Virus record (IMG/VR): IMGVR_UViG_3300033562_000245 | Coordinates: 32,001-96,000 of that record | DNA: 64,000 bases | From: a virus | Direction: 5' to 3' (one strand) | Shown here: positions 57,205 through 64,000 of the stretch, piece by piece | How the letters are laid out: each line of letters opens with the position of its first letter | How positions within the stretch are numbered: position 1 is the first letter of the stretch | Program-made: the position numbers and the translations under genes | Notes under the pieces: model-generated | Database searches by the model: none | What the model saw: only the letters and a program-made list of their open reading frames with translations | Told to the model about the DNA's origin: nothing

Positions 57205-57909
57205 TTTTGGGATTTGGGGAATAATCGGATAACCCTGATATCGACATGAGTACTGCAGTACTAAGGTGTTGATAGCTCCACATAGACGGCCTCGCCAACT
57301 ACCGATTAAAAGTTAGGAGAGAGCTAAATGCCGAGGAAGTCTTCTTACGAAGGCGGGTATGTATGTGCACGTATATACTTTAATAACTGTTACTGAGCAC
57401 TCAAGTTACCCTGATGCATTAGGCAATGGACGGGTTTATAAAGTGTTCCACATTCGTAAGTTTCGTCGATGCTCCGAATGTGAACAGGGGTGTTGGTAAA
57501 AACAACATCGCCTATCGACTTCTAAAAGCTCACTGGACGGGGATGAGAATGTCGAGCGGGTTAATTGGGCTACCATTAACCTCCCCAAACAAAGCGACGG
57601 CCGCAGGGGTGAGAACGCCAGTCGCGTTTCGACGCATAAGCTTTAGTAGCATTAAATTGTGAAAAGCCCGTTGGAATGCCCTTGTATACATCGGTATAGA
57701 TAAAGAGCACGCGAGTTACTTTGTCTATTCCACACCGAAAGGTCAAAACATAGAGTTCGCGGATCTCCTGTATTCTTAGAATAGAAGCTTGAACATTTGT
57801 TCTTGCTAATTACCTCTTGTTACACGAGAGGTAGGTTCGACAAAGTCGGAAAATCGTTTTAAGGTATAGGAAAGTATGTAGCTAGCCCACGGCGTTCGCC
57901 GTGGGCTAG
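57205..57909 (+). ncRNA. Candidate large (~700 nt) structured non-coding RNA
   Basis: Visibly GC-richer, no credible ORF, many stems with G-U pairs favouring the + strand, UUCG/GAAA loops, bounded by a promoter motif and a hairpin. Confidence 0.55.
57882..57909 (+). terminator. Terminator-like hairpin closing the ncRNA candidate
   Basis: ctagcccacggc/gccgtgggctag 12-bp stem. Confidence 0.65.
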
Positions 57910-57945
57910 TCTATAATTAATTAACGTTAATCATCGGAGGTTACC

Positions 57946-58587
57946 ATGCAAAAAGAATATTGTGCTGACTTAATCCAGCTGTTAGGTACTCTCCCTAACG
58001 ATATGATTTGGATTACAGACGAACATCTTAAAACAAAGTACATAAGTCCTAATGTATTGCTTATAAGAGGCATCTCTCAAGAAGAGGCGCTGGAAGAAAG
58101 ATTCGAAGATAAATTCACACCAAATTCACAAGAGATTATTTCTAAAATCATGGAAAGTGTGAAGTTCAGTTTAGAAAATAACACTCCTCACAAATTAAAT
58201 ACAATAGCCAGCGAAATGTACAGAAGTGATGGAACGATAATGGGCGTCGAAATATCGTTTCAAATTAAAATGCAGGACGGAAAGGTTAAGTATATTGCTG
58301 GGGTCACGAGAGATGTTAGTGATAGAATATTGACGGATAAACTTAATGTTACTATAGAATTATCCAAAATGTTTTCTGATAAACTAAGCCAACCTATACA
58401 TGTTCTCAACGGAATTTCTACATTGATAGGAGATATGGTTCCAGCAAAATATGTGGAGTTAATGCAAAAACAACTAGATACTCTAACAGAAGTTGTTAGA
58501 GCTGTACAGCGTGTTAACTATGAAGATCCATTAACGGATCCTTTGTACTTGGCGAGGTTAAATAAGTTAAACGATATTAATTTATAA
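57946..58587 (+). CDS. PAS-domain protein with degenerate HisKA-like helix pair
   Basis: IWITDEHLKTKYISPNVLLIRG...E..RSDGTIMGVEIS...YIAGVTRDVSDR is a typical PAS/PAC; followed by ELSKMFSDKLSQPIHVLNG; no HATPase domain. Confidence 0.85.
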   Translation: MQKEYCADLIQLLGTLPNDMIWITDEHLKTKYISPNVLLIRGISQEEALEERFEDKFTPNSQEIISKIMESVKFSLENNTPHKLNTIASEMYRSDGTIMGVEISFQIKMQDGKVKYIAGVTRDVSDRILTDKLNVTIELSKMFSDKLSQPIHVLNGISTLIGDMVPAKYVELMQKQLDTLTEVVRAVQRVNYEDPLTDPLYLARLNKLNDINL

Positions 58588-58600
58588 AGGAGAGAAAATT

Positions 58601-60769
58601 ATGCTTTATTTTACTGACCAACCAGAAAAACTTTTTGACACGAAAACAAACTGGGGGCGACCGATTGAAAACTTAAAGCTGACGATCGTTCGCATATCGA
58701 ACCGAGATGTCAATGAGCTTCTCGAATTCAATGAAGACGGTATCGTTTATATAGAATCCGCAAAGAGATATTTAAATGCGATTCTTTCGGATATGTTTGG
58801 TTTAGGTAATGGATCCGAGGATAGGGACGATATCGATAAGGTTGAAATAAAAGAAGATACTGTTATTATCCTTGTCGATGAAGACGATGATTCCACCGAT
58901 CTAGAGTTTATTTTCTACGTAGCTAAGGTAGAAAGCGGGTATGTAAAAGACGCCGTCGATGACTTCGAAGAAGAAGAGTGTGAGGAGTCAAGAAAACCCG
59001 GAGCCACGTTCTCGAAACTTTGGAAAGAGTTTCTACACAGCACCGCAAAAGAAGCAAAAACAACTAAAGCCGATGACGTGAATGAAATCATACGAGTTCC
59101 GATCGGATTTACCAATCATTATAATGTCACTCTTGACAAAGCCAACGCTGATTGTGAGATTTATTTTACAGAAGCCGGGCATGTGTCAGTAAATCCAAAA
59201 CCTGGAGATGTTATACCTTATCAGAGTAATTCGCCTTATATGCAAATACAGAATGGGTATTTAAAGGGTCCTTTAAATGCGCCTTATGGTTTCTTGCCAC
59301 AGTTACCAATGACTGGATACATCTTCTTTGATAACGACAATACGTGGAAAAGTTTCGATGAAAGAGTTACAGGTCGATCCTTGGATCACGTAACCAAAGA
59401 AACTGTACGGCTTTGGGTTAGCCTCTATGTCAGCGGTACTTGGGATAAGGTATTGCAGCGCGATGAACAAGAAACATCATGTCACACATCTCCAGATTAT
59501 TTGGCCGGCGATCGTACTATCGAGACGGCGATACTTAGCGCAAAACATGTAGGTTACGACACCGAAGATTCGTCACGTAATGCACTACATAGCCAATTAA
59601 AAACGGCAGTCATATGTGCGATAAGAGAAATAAAAAATCCGGCACCGCCTCTTCGTTTTATAACCCAGAGATTAGGGAACACTTACTCTTACCAAAATGT
59701 ATTGAAGGCTGTTTCTGATTTGTGCGTACAAGGGGATCTAGAAAGAGTTATAATAAGTCCGTATGAGGTAGGGTATAAACTCGTCAAAAACGAAGACAAG
59801 CGTAGCGGTGCAGAACAACCAATTCAAGAAATTGATCCGAGTGATATGGGTGTTATCGTGAAGATGTTTTCTTCTGATAAAAGAGAAACGTGTAGCGATG
59901 AGGAAAAGTTACTATCTACAGCCGATTATATAACTACACCTTCTAGTGTTAAGACGGTCGGAAGTCACGTAAAACAAACAATGTTTGGCGAATGCCCGGC
60001 ATCATCACCCACCTCTATTTCGTATAGGAAAAAAGTAGGCTCGGATGAAGGCCCAGAAGAACCGGTTTTTGATAAAGAACTGTTGTATGAAATGATCATG
60101 GATATGGTAACATACTCAAGAGATCAGGTCATACTTCATTACGAAGTTCTTCACAAAACAAGGAAAAGATACAATCATCTGGTAGTGGCTGCGGCTCTTG
60201 ATGGACTATGCAAAAGAGGTGAATTGGTACGTGAGCGCACATCACCTTACGAAATTAGATATAAACTCGCGAAAAAAGATAAAAAGGAGAGTGACCTAAT
60301 AAAGGAGAATATAGAAGTTAAGGGATTTATAACCAGAGTAATCCAAGCCATAAATATCCCAGTTATAAACGAACAGGAACTTTTTCTTTTTCTAGGACAG
60401 AAGTATGACGCGGGTGTTATCAGGCAAAATCTCGGCCAGCTTTGCCAAGAAGGTATGTTGGAAAGAGTTCCTGTAGACGGCGATTGTTTTGGTTATAGGT
60501 TTAAAGAAGTTTTGGACGAAAAACAAAAAATTTCTACCGGATTGAGATCTTTGATTATGAACACAATCAAGGAGTCTCCACACCAGACAGCATCAGCGGA
60601 TGACGTCATCTATAAAGCAAAAGATACATACAGCCCTTCGATTGTAACCGAAATACTTACTGATTTATTCCTAACTGGTTATTTGAACCGTAAGGAAGAT
60701 GGGCCGCAAGGAACAACGCGTTACGAATTCACAAAAAAGGGACTACAGTCCTTTGTTTTTCGAGGTTAG
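58601..60769 (+). CDS. Large protein with four C-terminal winged-helix-like repeats
   Basis: Four ~65-aa units each with ..L..L...G.L.R......Y.(L/F). Confidence 0.6.
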   Translation: MLYFTDQPEKLFDTKTNWGRPIENLKLTIVRISNRDVNELLEFNEDGIVYIESAKRYLNAILSDMFGLGNGSEDRDDIDKVEIKEDTVIILVDEDDDSTDLEFIFYVAKVESGYVKDAVDDFEEEECEESRKPGATFSKLWKEFLHSTAKEAKTTKADDVNEIIRVPIGFTNHYNVTLDKANADCEIYFTEAGHVSVNPKPGDVIPYQSNSPYMQIQNGYLKGPLNAPYGFLPQLPMTGYIFFDNDNTWKSFDERVTGRSLDHVTKETVRLWVSLYVSGTWDKVLQRDEQETSCHTSPDYLAGDRTIETAILSAKHVGYDTEDSSRNALHSQLKTAVICAIREIKNPAPPLRFITQRLGNTYSYQNVLKAVSDLCVQGDLERVIISPYEVGYKLVKNEDKRSGAEQPIQEIDPSDMGVIVKMFSSDKRETCSDEEKLLSTADYITTPSSVKTVGSHVKQTMFGECPASSPTSISYRKKVGSDEGPEEPVFDKELLYEMIMDMVTYSRDQVILHYEVLHKTRKRYNHLVVAAALDGLCKRGELVRERTSPYEIRYKLAKKDKKESDLIKENIEVKGFITRVIQAINIPVINEQELFLFLGQKYDAGVIRQNLGQLCQEGMLERVPVDGDCFGYRFKEVLDEKQKISTGLRSLIMNTIKESPHQTASADDVIYKAKDTYSPSIVTEILTDLFLTGYLNRKEDGPQGTTRYEFTKKGLQSFVFRG

Positions 60770-60784
60770 AGAGAGTAAGTAACG

Positions 60785-60816
60785 TTAACTAGACGGGTAT
60801 GCTCCCGTCTAGTTAA
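60785..60816. terminator. Terminator-like hairpin
   Basis: ttaactagacggg/cccgtctagttaa. Confidence 0.65.
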
Positions 60817-60869
60817 TACAAATTCTTTACATCTATCTAAAAGGAACATAACAACAGGAGAAAAAGTAT

Positions 60870-61091
60870 ATGCTAACTAAAGAAGAACACCTAGATCGGT
60901 GTAAAAAACGAGCTTTGGAATATGTGGATAAAGGGGATCTCCAACGAGCGTTTGCTTCAATGATTTCTGATCTGAGTGCGCACCCTGAAATATCCGACCA
61001 TATAGCGATTGGATTTGGGGTGGCGATAATGCGCTCAGGAGGGTTATTCGACGCCAATTCTATGAGAAAATTCATAGAAGATTTTAGATAG
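60870..61091 (+). CDS. Small hypothetical protein
   Basis: 73 aa, RBS AGGAG; EHLDRCKKRALEYVDKGD. Confidence 0.6.
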   Translation: MLTKEEHLDRCKKRALEYVDKGDLQRAFASMISDLSAHPEISDHIAIGFGVAIMRSGGLFDANSMRKFIEDFR

Positions 61092-61125
61092 TACTTATAT
61101 ATTGGGGAAAGGGTGGGGGATTAAA

Positions 61126-61725
61126 ATGGCATCTATTGTTAAAGAAGAGGATACCAGAGAAACACTTAAATATAGACTGATTAAATTAACACAACAGTCA
61201 ATTCTAACCCAAAAAGAAAATGCGGAGTTAAAAGTAAAAGTAAAAGTTCTCCAAGAACTATTAGCAGCTAATGAAAAAAGAACATTTGATTTTTTAACTA
61301 ATATTTTTAAAGAACAATTAGAAAAGGGGGTGTTGGGGAGTAGTCCTTTAAATGGTACAATAGGTAAAAAGCAAATTGAATCGCAGGAACTTGAGCCGAA
61401 TAACTGTAGTCCGTCAGAGGCGGGCTATGAAAAGAAATACGCTGATATAGAGAAAGAGAAAAAATTCAAAGTTGCTTATTCACTTGTGACAAATAAGATC
61501 CTTAATTTCGAGTCGGATTCTTTTAAACACGTCGATCTGACCAAGGCCCTAAACAAGAACCATTGTAGGTCAGAACAAATATTGAAAGTACTAAAGGATT
61601 TACACAGAAATGGATTTATTACCAGTGTAAAGATGGATAAGGTGAGTAGATCTGGAAGACCGTCGTCACCTTCTTATCGCATCACTGATAAATTCTCTAA
61701 AGAGTTTAAAAAAGAATTTTATTGA
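61126..61725 (+). CDS. Coiled-coil plus C-terminal winged-helix protein
   Basis: VLKDLHRNGFITSVK...SGRPSSPSYRIT wing; ATG 61126 after GGGGGA is a likelier start than TTG 61102. Confidence 0.55.
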   Translation: MASIVKEEDTRETLKYRLIKLTQQSILTQKENAELKVKVKVLQELLAANEKRTFDFLTNIFKEQLEKGVLGSSPLNGTIGKKQIESQELEPNNCSPSEAGYEKKYADIEKEKKFKVAYSLVTNKILNFESDSFKHVDLTKALNKNHCRSEQILKVLKDLHRNGFITSVKMDKVSRSGRPSSPSYRITDKFSKEFKKEFY

Positions 61726-61727
61726 AC

Positions 61728-61754
61728 TATACCTGGGCCCGATGCCCAGGTATA
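61728..61754. terminator. Bidirectional terminator-like hairpin
   Basis: tatacctgggc/gcccaggtata between convergent genes. Confidence 0.7.
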
Positions 61755-61776
61755 ATACATATTTATTTTTTTTAAC

Positions 61777-63672
61777 TTAATCGGGAATCTCTACTACGTC
61801 ATCAAAAAATTGCTTACTGTCTGCTATTATTTCTGCCATACGTGTAGAAAGATTTGGTTCTTCACCTGTATCCAATTCAAACGTTATAATAAAACAGTCA
61901 GTATCGGCACCTATTCTGTGGATACGATCACTAGTCTGTAAATATTCATGATACCTAAAAGGTCTGTTCAAGAATATTAATGTATTGGCCGCTGTTAATG
62001 TCACACCGGTTGATAACATATTAATACTAGCAATGAGAGGATTGATTTTAGGATTAGTTTGAAATTCATGAATATGGGCCGCTACGTCAGATGCCGTTTT
62101 ACCGTATACAGGAATAGAATGGTATCCCTTACTTATAAAGTATTCATTAGCTGTTTCGATAGTGTCTGTGTATGATGTAAATAATACTGTCTTTTTTATA
62201 GCTTCATCAACATAAGAAGTTATATCAGAATGTTTAAGTATATCACTTGTCATTTGCATACGTTTGCGAGTAAACAATTGACCTATAACTTCACCTTGAA
62301 CTTTTAAATTTACGTATTTAACAGCAGCCTTACAATTATTAAAAAGTTTCTTCAGATCATTGGGAAGGATAGGAATGATAACTTCTTTCTCATACTTATT
62401 AATAGTTTGTATAAGCATTCTATCGTTACTATTTAGTACCGATACAACCCTACTATTAAAATCTTCAACGGTACTTATATAAAATTGAAATTCTCTATCG
62501 TTTTTAAATTTTGAGATACTTTTCAAATACCCCATAACGATATAGAAATCTTTTTTATAAGAAGCCATCTTATCGGCATGGAATTTCATACGTGTTTTTA
62601 TAAATTCGGCAACTTCTTTTTTGATCGTAGTAGCCGTATAATCAGATCCGTTTGGAAGTTTAATTTTAACCGTTGACTCATATTTTTCAGGTAAAGCTAA
62701 TACTTCACTCTTAAGTTTCCTATGCATCATAGATTGAAGTCTAGCCCTAAGAATATCAGTACCTATATTCGTATTGAGACCAAATGCTTTCTTAAAAATA
62801 ATAACAGCTTCTTTATCAAAGAAATTATCAATAGCAAGTAGTAGAGGTATGATTTCTACACCAGCATTCTTCAGAGGAGTTCCGCTCATCAATAGCATAT
62901 CGACAGTTCCGGTTCGCTCCCGAAGCTCAATAAGTTTATTAGTTCTCCCTGACGCCATACGTAAAAAGTTGTGACTCTCGTCTACTATAACTCCAACGCT
63001 ATCGCCTAATTTATTTAAGATGGGATCAAGTTTATCAATAGCTTCGTAGTTTACGATAAAAAAATCATAACTTGTATTTAGGGTACTTTGTCCCGAAACA
63101 AATATCTTTTTGGTTTTATTAAAATACTTTTCAATATGATGAACCCAAACAGTTTCGAGAATCGATTTTGGGGCTAGAATAATAACCTTCTTTTTACCGA
63201 GCCCGACCATTAGTATTAAAGAGGTCAGTGTTTTTCCAAGCCCCTGATCAAAAGAAAGTAGAGCCCCATTTAAACAAGCCCTTTGTCTAATTATATCGTA
63301 ATTTTCAACGAACTCAGTCTGATAAGGAAGAGGTGTACAACTCATCTCTGCATGGACCAACTTAATATCAAATCTATTTGTATACGAACTGCTAGCCGCA
63401 ATCCCTACCCAAGTATTATTAAATATTTCACCGCTTAGACTCATAGGGTAGTTAAACTTATCTAATAAATATAATAACTCAGGAATAAAAAACTTATGGA
63501 CTTTTACAGTTCTGTTGTCCCAGGATATAAAACCTAGCGCTTCATATAAATTAGCAAGTCTACTAGTACCATAGAATCTTCTTAGTTTGGCAGTAAATGT
63601 CTTCATAGGGAACCCGCTAATAATGTATGAATTACCAGTTTCTTTTATTTGTTTAAAAAAATTAGCAAACAT
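61777..63672 (-). CDS. SNF2-family (SF2) helicase/ATPase, phiKZ gp203-like
   Basis: LLSFDQGLGKT (I), IVDESHN (II), LLMSGTPLKN (III), LSTGVTLTAA (V), QTSDRIHRIG (VI). Confidence 0.88.
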   Translation of the reverse strand: MFANFFKQIKETGNSYIISGFPMKTFTAKLRRFYGTSRLANLYEALGFISWDNRTVKVHKFFIPELLYLLDKFNYPMSLSGEIFNNTWVGIAASSSYTNRFDIKLVHAEMSCTPLPYQTEFVENYDIIRQRACLNGALLSFDQGLGKTLTSLILMVGLGKKKVIILAPKSILETVWVHHIEKYFNKTKKIFVSGQSTLNTSYDFFIVNYEAIDKLDPILNKLGDSVGVIVDESHNFLRMASGRTNKLIELRERTGTVDMLLMSGTPLKNAGVEIIPLLLAIDNFFDKEAVIIFKKAFGLNTNIGTDILRARLQSMMHRKLKSEVLALPEKYESTVKIKLPNGSDYTATTIKKEVAEFIKTRMKFHADKMASYKKDFYIVMGYLKSISKFKNDREFQFYISTVEDFNSRVVSVLNSNDRMLIQTINKYEKEVIIPILPNDLKKLFNNCKAAVKYVNLKVQGEVIGQLFTRKRMQMTSDILKHSDITSYVDEAIKKTVLFTSYTDTIETANEYFISKGYHSIPVYGKTASDVAAHIHEFQTNPKINPLIASINMLSTGVTLTAANTLIFLNRPFRYHEYLQTSDRIHRIGADTDCFIITFELDTGEEPNLSTRMAEIIADSKQFFDDVVEIPD

Positions 63673-63676
63673 GTAT

Positions 63677-63922
63677 TTAACCTATATCCGATAAAAATAA
63701 GACCAGTTCGGCAGGGGAGCAAAACTCTTTGAGTTCGGCAATTTCATCGTCGAAATTTAATTCGTTAGTGAATCTTTCAAAGGCAGACTCATTGTGTTCG
63801 GCTACCTGTAGATCGATACCGTCAACTATATTAGCACAAATATCATTTAAATTATAAAATTTATCATTATTTACAGGAGAATCTTTTAGTGCTTTATTTA
63901 TAATATCAAAAACATTAGACAT
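63677..63922 (-). CDS. Hypothetical protein
   Basis: 81-aa acidic ORF with GAGG RBS. Confidence 0.55.
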   Translation of the reverse strand: MSNVFDIINKALKDSPVNNDKFYNLNDICANIVDGIDLQVAEHNESAFERFTNELNFDDEIAELKEFCSPAELVLFLSDIG

Positions 63923-64000
63923 AGTTATACCTCGTTATAAAATAATTGTGATTGTAAATAGTTCTTATATTATAAACCGAAACACGTAGAATAATTGTAA

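Noticed and set aside
57330-57345. gaggaagtc resembling the RNase P GAGGAAAGUCC motif
   Set aside because: Imperfect match, and no 3' ACAGAAnnCGGCUUA partner for P4 was found.
57426-57662. 78-aa ORF inside the ncRNA candidate
   Set aside because: No RBS, atypical composition and no recognisable motif; the nested pairing is better explained as RNA structure.
57530-57860. tmRNA or tRNA-like ends (gggg..., ggttcga)
   Set aside because: No acceptor stem/CCA, no GGTTCGAnTCC T-arm and no Ala-rich tag frame.
57205-57880. Group I or group II intron
   Set aside because: No interrupted gene flanks it, and I could not find P7 (R/S) or domain V consensus.
1-64000. Stop-codon reassignment
   Set aside because: Core genes are long and uninterrupted in the standard code, and TAA, TAG and TGA all end genes at sensible positions.
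1-64000. CRISPR array, tRNA, rRNA or IS/transposase
   Set aside because: No regularly spaced direct repeats, cloverleafs, rRNA signatures or transposase motifs were seen by eye; tRNAscan-SE and CRISPR finders were not run.

Overview
AT-rich 64-kb segment of a divergent phiKZ-like (Chimalliviridae-type) jumbo phage genome, translated with the standard code. Identities come from motifs and recalled synteny, not database searches. Left: virion genes, namely gp87/gp88-like baseplate-type ORFs (the first runs off the window edge and is missing from the ORF track), gp89/gp90-like head proteins, an array of 6-7 paralogous inner-head proteins with S/A-x-E maturation sites, and a HExxH metalloprotease-like protein. 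Next, a minus-strand block: RyR-domain protein, GroEL-like chaperonin, a gp101-like ORF pair joined by an apparent -1 frameshift signal, a DEDDh exoribonuclease and a P-loop protein. Middle: gp50-like family B DNA polymerase, small paralogous membrane/exported proteins, RNase H, and a 1.7-kb ORF-free region rich in hairpins, with a 30-bp perfect palindrome and a 31-bp purine/pyrimidine-alternating tract. Right: virion RNAP beta'-C (gp80-like) and beta-C (gp149-like) subunits, two tandem GH24 lysozymes, type IIA topoisomerase B and A subunits, a gp68-like nvRNAP specificity subunit, a ~700-nt candidate structured ncRNA between a TATATTAC motif and a terminator-like hairpin, a PAS protein with a His-less HisKA-like tail, a four-winged-helix protein and a SNF2 helicase. 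No tRNA, rRNA, CRISPR array or IS element was seen. Best novelty candidates: the ~700-nt ncRNA, the -1 frameshift, the palindrome/Z-DNA region and the PAS/His-less HisKA protein.
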